Shown here: piece by piece, positions 19,464 to 27,141 of the stretch
Position numbering within the stretch: the stretch's first letter is position 1
How the letters are laid out: each line of letters opens with the position of its first letter
Source: Ardenticatenia bacterium
GTDB taxonomy: Bacteria > Chloroflexota > Anaerolineae > 4572-78 > NAK82
Length of the DNA: 64,000 nucleotides
Assembly: GCA_003130875.1 (NCBI GenBank)
Contig: QEXY01000043.1
Span: 19,141 to 83,140, forward strand
Direction: 5' to 3'
Position numbers and translations under genes: made by a program
The notes under the pieces: generated by a model
What the model saw: only the letters and a program-made list of their open reading frames with translations
Databases searched by the model: none
Told to the model about the DNA's origin: nothing

Positions 19464-20690
19464 ATGCGTATTGGTCTGATATCGCCCTATGATTTTGCCT
19501 ATCCCGGCGGTGTTACCAAGCACATTACCAATCTAAGCGGTAAGCTGCAAGAGTTGGGACACCGAACACTTATCATAGCGCCTCTGTCCCATAATGGTGT
19601 AGTACCCCCTCCAGAGCTGATCCCACTATCGTGCGCCATTGTCCCAGTGCGTTATAATGGCTCACAAGCACGATTATGCCTATCACCGTTTATGAGGCAA
19701 GCTGTGCGTCGCATCTTGAGGCAGTATCCATTTGACGTAATCCATTTGCATGAACCAGCCAACCCGACTTTGCCCCGAGTGGTGTTGCAGGAGGTTGCCA
19801 AGTTAGCACCTGAAACCGTGATAGTGGGCACATTTCACGCATACCGCGAGAGTTATAGACTGAGTGATCTGGAGCAACTGTTGCATTATGCATATCGCAC
19901 CTTCTCTCGCAATCTCGCTGTCCGGCTTGATGGTCGCATTGCGGTGTCTTCGCTGGCTCAGGAACATGCCTCTCGTGTGTTCCCCGGTTCGTATCGGGTG
20001 ATTCCCAACGGTGTGGATGTCAATCTCTTCGGTGACACCCGAATTGTTCCCCTGCCCGAGTTCCGGGACGGGCTCAATATCCTTTTCGTGGGACGACTTG
20101 AGGCGCGTAAAGGGGTGCACTATTTGCTTGAAGCCTTTGCACGAGTTAAAAATGTACTGCCACAAACGCGCTTGCTAGTTGTCGGACCTCACTCCGCACG
20201 CGGAATACGCTCATTACAAAGCCTCCTTCGTTCATGGGGTTTGCGCGATGTCCATTTTCTTGGATACTTATCGGAGAAAGACCTTGCCCGCTGTTACCGT
20301 ACGGCCCAAGTGCTCTGTGCTCCTTCGCTTGGTTCTGAGAGCTTTGGTGTGGTGCTTCTGGAAGCAATGGCAGCTGGACTTCCCATTGTTGCGTCCGACA
20401 TTGCGGGTTACCGCGCCATCGTAAGACATCAGGAGGAAGGCTATTTGGTGCCCCCAGGCGATGGAGAAGCAATCGCCGATGCCCTGATAACTCTATTACG
20501 TCAACCCGAATTGCGCCGTTCTATAGCCGCCCGAGGACGCATCACAGCCGCGCGCTACGCTTGGGACCGGATTGCAGCTGATGTTTTGAGCTTCTATACG
20601 GCTCTATACGCGGAAAAGCGTGCTCAGCATCACAAGTTTTATCAGGCATCTCTACTTGGCATATCGCAGAGGATCGAACAGGTGAACTGA
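19464..20690 (+). CDS. GT4-family glycosyltransferase (PimA-like mannosyltransferase)
   Basis: 408 aa. 'VGRLEARKG' and 'ESFGVVLLEAMAAGLPIVASDIAGY' (EX7E). Confidence 0.8.
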   Translation: MRIGLISPYDFAYPGGVTKHITNLSGKLQELGHRTLIIAPLSHNGVVPPPELIPLSCAIVPVRYNGSQARLCLSPFMRQAVRRILRQYPFDVIHLHEPANPTLPRVVLQEVAKLAPETVIVGTFHAYRESYRLSDLEQLLHYAYRTFSRNLAVRLDGRIAVSSLAQEHASRVFPGSYRVIPNGVDVNLFGDTRIVPLPEFRDGLNILFVGRLEARKGVHYLLEAFARVKNVLPQTRLLVVGPHSARGIRSLQSLLRSWGLRDVHFLGYLSEKDLARCYRTAQVLCAPSLGSESFGVVLLEAMAAGLPIVASDIAGYRAIVRHQEEGYLVPPGDGEAIADALITLLRQPELRRSIAARGRITAARYAWDRIAADVLSFYTALYAEKRAQHHKFYQASLLGISQRIEQVN

Positions 20691-20693
20691 TCG

Positions 20694-21287
20694 ATGTTGA
20701 CCGATCTTGTGCGCGAGTGGACTCGTGGGTTCGTGTTACCCATCGCACGGTTCATCGGTTGGAGTGGGATATCACCTAACGCTATCACGCTCGCAGGCTT
20801 CTCGTTGACAGTGGCGGTTGCAGTATTACTGGCAATGGGACATGTGCAACTAGCTGGTGTCCTACTTATCCCCGCAGCCGGTTTAGATGCCATCGATGGC
20901 TCTCTGGCGAGGCTCCAAAACCGGGTGACACGTTTCGGCGCCTTCCTCGACTCAACTATAGATCGCCTCTCAGAGGCGGCACTGTTTTTGGGTGCCTTGC
21001 TCTATTACTTGGGTGGCTCGCCCACAAACGTGGAAATCATCGTTCTATTTGTAGCACTGATAGGCTCGCTGATGGTCAGCTACACCAAAGCTCGCGGCGA
21101 AGCAGTCGGGGTTGCCATCAAGGGAGGGCTGCTGACACGTTTTGAGCGTATGTTAGTGCTGATAATTGGCATGGCGCTCAACGAGTTGACTGCTGCATTG
21201 TGGATATTGGCCGTTCTCGCTCATGTAACGATGCTGCAGCGGATATGGATTACCTGGCGCAACACCCGCGATCTTAAGAACGGATAA
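20694..21287 (+). CDS. CDP-alcohol phosphatidyltransferase (phosphatidylinositol-phosphate synthase-like)
   Basis: Motif 'DGSLARLQNRVTRFGAFLDSTIDRLSE' equals DGxxARx8GxxxDxxxD. 197 aa with ~6 TM segments. Confidence 0.85.
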   Translation: MLTDLVREWTRGFVLPIARFIGWSGISPNAITLAGFSLTVAVAVLLAMGHVQLAGVLLIPAAGLDAIDGSLARLQNRVTRFGAFLDSTIDRLSEAALFLGALLYYLGGSPTNVEIIVLFVALIGSLMVSYTKARGEAVGVAIKGGLLTRFERMLVLIIGMALNELTAALWILAVLAHVTMLQRIWITWRNTRDLKNG

Positions 21288-21291
21288 CGCT

Positions 21292-21660
21292 ATGAGTTAC
21301 TTGGGAAATGCTATCTGGCTGATCTTTGGCGGTTTGCTGGCCGCCTTCGTCTACATCACCGGAGGTGCGATTATTTGTCTGACGGTAGTGGGAATTCCCT
21401 TCGGTCTCCAGTGTATTAAACTGGGTGTTGCCATGCTGGCGCCTTTTGGCAAAGAACTGCACCGGTCACCCCAAGCGAGTGACACACTATACGTCATTAT
21501 GAATCTCATTTGGTTTATTTTATTTGGCTGGCAGATTGCCTTGCTTCATCTGACATTGGCACTTGTCCTTGCCCTGACGCTTATTGGCTTGCCGTTTGCC
21601 AAGCAGCATATTAAGCTCATCCCTCTGGCCCTGTTCCCATTCGGGCACGATCTGGTCTAA
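21292..21660 (+). CDS. YccF-domain inner membrane protein
   Basis: 122 aa. Duplicated 'IWLIFGG...GIPFG' / 'IWFILFGW...GLPFA' pattern. Confidence 0.7.
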   Translation: MSYLGNAIWLIFGGLLAAFVYITGGAIICLTVVGIPFGLQCIKLGVAMLAPFGKELHRSPQASDTLYVIMNLIWFILFGWQIALLHLTLALVLALTLIGLPFAKQHIKLIPLALFPFGHDLV

Positions 21661-21816
21661 GTGTCACTTTCGTGTTCCAAGCACGTTTCATCGCTGAGCA
21701 CGCAGAGAGCGCAAAGCATAACAAGGGCGGGGAAAGATTTTGTATCCCCTGCGGTGGAAAAACCTTCTGCATGCGGTCGTTCCAATGCCCTAAGTCGAAA
21801 TACACCCCCTAAAAAT

Positions 21817-21906
21817 GAGGGTGTTGAAAAAGTCCCTTGACCACTCAGATTTTCATAGGAAAATGGGCCAATAAAGCGGGTAACTAAAGAGTTTTTCAAC
21901 TCTCTC
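21817..21906 (-). repeat. ~90-nt hairpin repeat, copy 2 (inverted relative to copies 1, 3, 4)
   Basis: GAGGGTGTTGAAAAAGTCCCTTGACCACTCAG...AAAGAGTTTTTCAACTCTCTC, the reverse complement of the family consensus. Confidence 0.9.
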
Positions 21907-21913
21907 AGATTAA

Positions 21914-21942
21914 TTGACAGCGCAATGCGGGTGACATATAAT
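21914..21942 (+). promoter_or_regulatory. consensus sigma70 promoter TTGACA-17-TATAAT for tRNA-Val
   Basis: Both hexamers are perfect with a 17-nt spacer. The -10 ends 15 nt before the tRNA 5' end. Confidence 0.65.
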
Positions 21943-21957
21943 GAAGACATCCTGAAC

Positions 21958-22031
<74 letters not shown>

Positions 22032-22047
22032 CCTACCTCTTGAGCCC

Positions 22048-22344
22048 ATGCACATCGAGGATACAGGATTGCATTCCATGCCCGGATTACCCCCCATCCC
22101 CGACGTCGATACCTTCAATCTGGGGCGCTTGCTGCTCAATATGGCCCTGGCCGTCGTCTGGACCGCGGTGGCTGGGGTGTGCTTCGCCCTCGCGCTCGCG
22201 CTGGGATTGCGTCTGCTTGCCACGTTGCTGCCGGAGATGGACTACCTGAGCGAGCTGAAGCGTGGTAACATAGCAGTGGCACTCGTGGTGAGCGTCGTGA
22301 TGGTCAGTCTAACGGCGGTCGTGGTAGCCATCCTGCTCAAGTAG
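22048..22344 (+). CDS. DUF350-type small membrane protein
   Basis: 'ELKRGNIAVALVV' motif with 2-3 TM segments. The ORF-track start at 21925 reads through the tRNA, so the start was moved to ATG 22048. Confidence 0.55.
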   Translation: MHIEDTGLHSMPGLPPIPDVDTFNLGRLLLNMALAVVWTAVAGVCFALALALGLRLLATLLPEMDYLSELKRGNIAVALVVSVVMVSLTAVVVAILLK

Positions 22345-23839
22345 TCGAGGGTACTTCCCCTTCGTGCGTGGCCTCCGGCTCGACGTGGATCACGATGCGC
22401 CCCAGCTCGGGCAGCTGACGACGCAGCGCCTGCTCCACCTGTTCCGCGATGATGTGTGCGTCCACCATCGGGGTCTCAGCTCCCACGCTGCAATGTAGGG
22501 TGACGATCATCTCCCCCTCACTATGATGCACATGGACATCGTGCGGCTGGCAGCGCACCTGATCCTGTTTTTGACATGCTTCAAGCGCCCGCAACACGCG
22601 GGCGATGTCTTCAGCGCTGGCCTGGAACACTTTCGCCGCAGCATACTCGTTCACCGGCTCGATGTGCGTCACCACGTGGCCCACCTCTGGCCGCGCGCGC
22701 TGCAACGCTGCTTCGAAATCGCTGACCAGGTTATGAGCTTTCTCGACGGAAAGGTGGTCAGGCACTTCCAGATGCAGCTCCACACCCACTCGTGGCGCGC
22801 CAGCCTCCTGAGTCGTCAGCGCGTATTGGCGGATGCTATGCGCGCCCACACCGTGTTGGGCTGCCAGCAACCGCACGCTGGTGATCAGGTCTTCTTCAGC
22901 CGAGCGCACTGGCTCGACATGCACCACGACGTCGCTATGCGGCAAGATACTGCGTACCGCCTCTTCTGCGGCAGTGGCGATGGCATGTGCCGCTTCGAGG
23001 TTAGCTTCGCGCCCGATCTGCACTGTCACATCGGCGAACGTCTCTGGACCGCTGCGGCGCAGGCGCATCCGCTCGACGCGCAGGACACCCGGCACGCCGC
23101 TCACCACTTCCATAACCTGATCGTACAGGCCGCGTGGGATGCCATCGATCAAGCTTTCCACAGCACGCCGCGCTAGCTGCCAGCTGACGAGGATGACAAT
23201 CCCGGCGACCCCAATAGCGGCCACGGCATCGGCATGCTGCAACCACGGAAGCCCCAGCCGTTCAGCGGCCCACACCAGCGCCAATCCCAGGATGACCACT
23301 ATGGAGGAATAGACATCGGTGGAAAAGTGCAGCGCATCCGCCTCCAGCGCCTGGCTGTGATATCTGCGCGCCGCCTGCGCCAATGCGCGCGAGCGCGAGA
23401 TGTCCACGACGATCGAGACACCCATCACCGCGAATGCCCACCAGCTGAGCTCGATCTCGTGGTGTCCGAAGAGCAGACGCTGCACCGCCTCATAGATGAT
23501 CCAGGCACACGTCCCTAGTAGGAGTAATGTCTCGAACAGGGCAGAAAGGTTTTCCACCTTGCCATGCCCGTAGGTGTGTTCGCGGTCCGCCGGGCGGTCC
23601 GAGACGCGCACTGCTAAAAACGTGATGCCGGCGGCGATCAGATCGAGCGCAGAATGGGTAGCTTCCGCTAAAATGCCCAGGCTGCCAGTCATGAATCCCA
23701 CCACCAGCTTCATCAAGGTAAGGAAGACGGCGGCCGCAACCGAGCTGAGCGCCACCAACCGTTTTTCACGACTTGCATGCGCGCTCTGGCTCACGGAGCT
23801 GCTTGAGAACTCTGCCATTGCCGTATAACGCGTCACCAC
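22337..23839 (-). CDS. cation diffusion facilitator (CDF) transporter with three tandem cytoplasmic ZT_dimer-like domains
   Basis: 500 aa. TM domain has 'HSALDLIAA' and 'HTYGHGKVE'. Three successive ~85-aa modules follow, each ending 'HVEP/HIEP'. Confidence 0.85.
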   Translation of the reverse strand: MVTRYTAMAEFSSSSVSQSAHASREKRLVALSSVAAAVFLTLMKLVVGFMTGSLGILAEATHSALDLIAAGITFLAVRVSDRPADREHTYGHGKVENLSALFETLLLLGTCAWIIYEAVQRLLFGHHEIELSWWAFAVMGVSIVVDISRSRALAQAARRYHSQALEADALHFSTDVYSSIVVILGLALVWAAERLGLPWLQHADAVAAIGVAGIVILVSWQLARRAVESLIDGIPRGLYDQVMEVVSGVPGVLRVERMRLRRSGPETFADVTVQIGREANLEAAHAIATAAEEAVRSILPHSDVVVHVEPVRSAEEDLITSVRLLAAQHGVGAHSIRQYALTTQEAGAPRVGVELHLEVPDHLSVEKAHNLVSDFEAALQRARPEVGHVVTHIEPVNEYAAAKVFQASAEDIARVLRALEACQKQDQVRCQPHDVHVHHSEGEMIVTLHCSVGAETPMVDAHIIAEQVEQALRRQLPELGRIVIHVEPEATHEGEVPSTT

Positions 23840-23951
23840 GACAATCCTCTATCTTACGCATTAGTGTCCCCCAATCATATCACAGGCGACTGCAACAAGA
23901 TAATTTCAGTTGCTCGAAAATATCTATGTATAGAACCTAAAAAATCGAGAA

Positions 23952-23980
23952 TTGCTCTCAAACCCGTTCTGTGGTATGAT
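23952..23980 (+). promoter_or_regulatory. promoter TTGCTC-17-TATGAT (with upstream TG)
   Basis: Read directly. Lies ~125 nt upstream of ATG 24108. Confidence 0.4.
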
Positions 23981-24107
23981 ACGCTCAGCAACGTAGCAGA
24001 GCGAAGTGATCTGCGTAGGCGAAATGTGGAGGGTTTCTCACTATTGCTCTGATGCCAGATCATGCGGTTCCGGCGGCATCGGGATGGGATGAGAGGAGGT
24101 GCCAACT

Positions 24108-24833
24108 ATGCGGGATGTGGAGGAGCTCATCCAGCGAAGCAAACCGTTTCTGAGTTACCTGCTGCGGTGGCGACAGAACTTGCAGCCAGTGGCACTCAGC
24201 GCGTTAGTGCAGGACAGCCAGAGTCCCGATCAGGTGGCGCTTATGGCGGTGGATGTGATCAATGGCTTCTGTCACACGGGGCCTCTGGCGAGTTTGCGCG
24301 TGGCGGGCATTGTGGCGCCCATCGTGCTCCTGTTTCAGAACGCCTATGCCTTGGGCGTGCGCCATTTTATCTTTCTGCACGATGCCCATGACCCTCAGGC
24401 GGTCGAGTTCGACAGCTATCCAGCGCACTGTGTGCGCGGCAGTGAAGAGAGCGCGCCGGTGCCTGAGTTGAAGGCACTCCCTTTCTTCGATAAAGTGGTT
24501 ACGATGATACCCAAAAACTCGGTGAACGCGGCAGTGGGCACCGCGCTGAACGACTGGCTGGATGCGCATCCTGAGGTGCGCACGTTCATTGTGGTAGGCG
24601 ATTGTACCGACATTTGTGTTTACATGCTTGCCATGCACTTGCGCACGCGTGCCAACGCGGCCAATCGCACGGTACGGGTGATCGTGCCGGCCAACGCGGT
24701 AGACACCTATGACTTGCCGGTAGAGGCAGCGTCGCAGACAGGAGCACTTCCCCATGACGGGGAGCTGTTGCATCTCATATTCTTGTATCACATGCGTTTG
24801 AACGGCATTGAGGTGGTGGCAGCCATCGAATAG
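24108..24833 (+). CDS. isochorismatase-family cysteine hydrolase (nicotinamidase-like)
   Basis: 'ALMAVDVINGF', 'IPKNS' and 'IVVGDCTDICV' give the Asp/Lys/Cys triad pattern. ATG 24108 lies 8 nt after GAGAGGAGG. Confidence 0.8.
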   Translation: MRDVEELIQRSKPFLSYLLRWRQNLQPVALSALVQDSQSPDQVALMAVDVINGFCHTGPLASLRVAGIVAPIVLLFQNAYALGVRHFIFLHDAHDPQAVEFDSYPAHCVRGSEESAPVPELKALPFFDKVVTMIPKNSVNAAVGTALNDWLDAHPEVRTFIVVGDCTDICVYMLAMHLRTRANAANRTVRVIVPANAVDTYDLPVEAASQTGALPHDGELLHLIFLYHMRLNGIEVVAAIE

Positions 24834-24868
24834 TCGGCTACTCGAGTAGTCAGCCACTGCAGAGGTCA

Positions 24869-24912
24869 CAGAGCACGCAGAGATTTTCTCTCTGCGCTCT
24901 CTGCGTGCTCTG
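24869..24912. terminator. 14-bp perfect hairpin between convergent genes (bidirectional terminator candidate)
   Basis: CAGAGCACGCAGAG-16 nt-CTCTGCGTGCTCTG. One arm shares an 18-mer with 21696-21713. Confidence 0.55.
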
Positions 24913-24933
24913 CAGTGAACGCCTGCAACGTCA

Positions 24934-26826
24934 TCACCAACGTGGCACGAAGCGAAGCGCATCAAAGGCGATCATACGGGTGCCGTAGAGTTCACGCGTG
25001 TTGTCGTACACCACCACAAACTCATTACCCATGGCAGCGAAGTAATACGTCCCCAAGCTTACCCATTGATCGTTGTACTGCCACTGGTTGATGATGCGGT
25101 CGTGGCGCTGGCCGGCGTGGATGATGCGATAGCGCACGCGCGTGCTGGTGGCAAACTCGCGCGGGATAAAGGCGAACACCTCGTAGTAACCGGGTGCCGC
25201 GAGACGCGGCACCCATTTGCCGAAGTTGACCGGATTGGTATAGCTGTTAAAGGTCCAATAGAGACTTCCACCGATTCCCAAATAGGCGATACGACGTGAG
25301 CCCAGCGGTCCTCCCCAGATGAAACCAGGGTCTGTGTTGTCCACCATGACCTCCACGCCGACGGGCGGTGGGTAGGGCGGGTAATAGGGTGGGTAGTAGG
25401 GGGGCACCGGAGTAGGCACCGGGGTAGGGAACACCGGGGGTGGTGCACCACCTGCGGTCCACCATACAGAGATCAGTGCGAACTGAGAACGCTCATAGTA
25501 GTCCACTTGCACGCGATGGGTGCCAATGTTAAGCGCTTTGACTCCGCAATGCACCGCCGCCGCCTGCTCGAACCACGAGTCGATCACCAGCGCGCCATCC
25601 ACGTACAGCCGCACGCCGTCGTCATGGCGGGCGCAGAAGGTGTAGGTACCATTGTCAAACCACACCTCGCGCGTCCATCGGATGGAGAAATCGTCTGCCG
25701 GCATGCCGGGAGCGGGTGGCCCCCAGCCCCAATCGAAATTGATTTCTGCATCGACGCGTGTCAGCACGGGAGGGCCGCCCAAGAAGGTATTATTGAAGTA
25801 CTCACCGTACCAGCCGGTCGCGGGCGGTGGCACCGGTGTCGGATATGGCCAGGGCCATGGAGGTGCTGGTGTAGGTGCCGGCGGAGGGGGAGGGGGCGGT
25901 GCCGGCGGCAGGGCACTGCCGGAGCTATAGGAGAAGACGATGATCGCATCGCCGCGTTTCTGCAGATAGGCCACCTGAACAGTGTGTCGCCCGGCTGTGA
26001 TATAGCGCGATGCGCAGAACGTGCGCACGCTCTGCTCGCGCCACTCATCCAGGATAAGCACGCCGTCCACCCACACGCGCACACCATCATCCACAGTGGC
26101 GCAGAAATTGTAGGTGCCCGCAGCGAAATTGATGTCGCGTGTCCAGCGCACCGAGTACTCGTAAGCAGGCAACCCAACGGCTGGCGAGTTGGTGCCCCAG
26201 TTGAAGTTGATCTGAGGATCCATGCGCACCATCACGGGCGGCTTGGCCGGCGAGACGCTGGCACCCAGCATCATGTCATCGTAGTACTCGCCGACCCAGG
26301 CCTCTGCCGGTGAGGGTGGCCACGGCACCGGCGGCCCGGGCGATGGCACCGGCGGCAGCGGGCCGCTCCACACCAGGCGGGCCATAGCATTGCCGGTGTC
26401 CTCGAAATAGGCCATCTGCAAGGTGTGGTTGCCTGCGGTCAGATAGGGGCTTGCGCAGTAGGTCACCGACGCACCGGTCACCCGCCACTGGTCGATAAGC
26501 AGCTGGCCATCCACCCAGAATCGCACCCCATCGTCCACTGTGGCACAGAAATTGTAAGTGCCAGCATTGAAGCTCATCGTGCGTGTCCAGCGCACGGAGA
26601 ACTGATCGATGGGCACTGCTGCACTGGGCGAACCTGTGCCCCACACGTAGTCAATGCTGGGCTCATAGCGGGTGAGGACAGGTGGCCCTGCCAGGCTGTG
26701 ATTGGCGAAATACTCGGCAAACCAGCCCGGGTCCTGAGCAGGTGGAGAGGCCATCACCGCTGCCGGCAACGTGTTCGCCAACAGTGCCAGAAGTACCACA
26801 AGCCATGTGAGTATGCGTTTCATCAT
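24934..26826 (-). CDS. secreted protein with three PA14 domains, Pro-rich linkers and a C-terminal golvesin-C-like beta-sandwich domain
   Basis: Signal peptide. Three ~125-aa repeats ('F.EY...P...R.D..I.F.WG...P......FSVRWTR...F.AGTY.FCA..DDGVR.WVDG') separated by PPxP linkers. Confidence 0.8.
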   Translation of the reverse strand: MMKRILTWLVVLLALLANTLPAAVMASPPAQDPGWFAEYFANHSLAGPPVLTRYEPSIDYVWGTGSPSAAVPIDQFSVRWTRTMSFNAGTYNFCATVDDGVRFWVDGQLLIDQWRVTGASVTYCASPYLTAGNHTLQMAYFEDTGNAMARLVWSGPLPPVPSPGPPVPWPPSPAEAWVGEYYDDMMLGASVSPAKPPVMVRMDPQINFNWGTNSPAVGLPAYEYSVRWTRDINFAAGTYNFCATVDDGVRVWVDGVLILDEWREQSVRTFCASRYITAGRHTVQVAYLQKRGDAIIVFSYSSGSALPPAPPPPPPPAPTPAPPWPWPYPTPVPPPATGWYGEYFNNTFLGGPPVLTRVDAEINFDWGWGPPAPGMPADDFSIRWTREVWFDNGTYTFCARHDDGVRLYVDGALVIDSWFEQAAAVHCGVKALNIGTHRVQVDYYERSQFALISVWWTAGGAPPPVFPTPVPTPVPPYYPPYYPPYPPPVGVEVMVDNTDPGFIWGGPLGSRRIAYLGIGGSLYWTFNSYTNPVNFGKWVPRLAAPGYYEVFAFIPREFATSTRVRYRIIHAGQRHDRIINQWQYNDQWVSLGTYYFAAMGNEFVVVYDNTRELYGTRMIAFDALRFVPRW

Positions 26827-26924
26827 TTCCCTCCTTCACTGGGAGTACTGAACGCCCGGTGGGCACACCCGGTTGAGACAGCGCAACATGTGTTCATCGC
26901 CACCGTTTCCTCTTGCCCACCCTT

Positions 26925-26953
26925 ACCATACCAATTCTTTAGCAATATGTCCA
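26925..26953 (-). promoter_or_regulatory. promoter TGGACA-17-TATGGT (TG-extended) for the PA14 gene
   Basis: Read on the minus strand. Lies ~100 nt upstream of ATG 26826 and downstream of the terminator at 26997-27032. Confidence 0.35.
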
Positions 26954-26995
26954 CTAATCATGATGCCAGACGCGCGCGTGTCACGCGCCTTTAGT

Positions 26996-27106
26996 CAAAA
27001 AAGCCCCCTTTCCTATTTGTGGGAGAAGGGGGATAGCCATTGGAATGTCAAAGAACCGTGTTTACGCCTTTCAATGGGCTGAAGCTAGATACTTCTTATG
27101 TCTAGC
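26996..27106 (-). ncRNA. candidate ~110-nt small RNA (own promoter, 5' hairpin, intrinsic terminator)
   Basis: Bounded by promoter 27113-27141 and terminator 26997-27032. 5' hairpin GCTAGA-11 nt-TCTAGC (27084-27106). No credible ORF. Confidence 0.4.
26997..27032 (-). terminator. rho-independent terminator (minus strand)
   Basis: Minus strand reads CCCCCTTCTCC-cacaaata-GGAAAGGGGG followed by CTTTTTTGA. The stem is about 10 bp with one bulge. Confidence 0.65.
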
Positions 27107-27112
27107 ATTCTC

Positions 27113-27141
27113 ATTATACATCACAATTTGGATTCATGCAA
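27113..27141 (-). promoter_or_regulatory. promoter TTGCAT-17-TATAAT (minus strand)
   Basis: Perfect -10 and exact 17-nt spacer, in an ORF-free AT-richer region. Confidence 0.5.

Noticed and set aside
23981-24107. Possible riboswitch in the ~125-nt leader of the isochorismatase/nicotinamidase-like gene, with local stems CGCTC...GAGCG and GATCTG...CAGATC.
   Set aside because: I could not match it to any riboswitch consensus I know. The stems are short and could be chance.
26981-27040. 19-codon ORF (MAIPLLPQIGKGAFLTKGA) inside the candidate sRNA.
   Set aside because: It has no RBS and spans the terminator stem-loop. It is most likely fortuitous.
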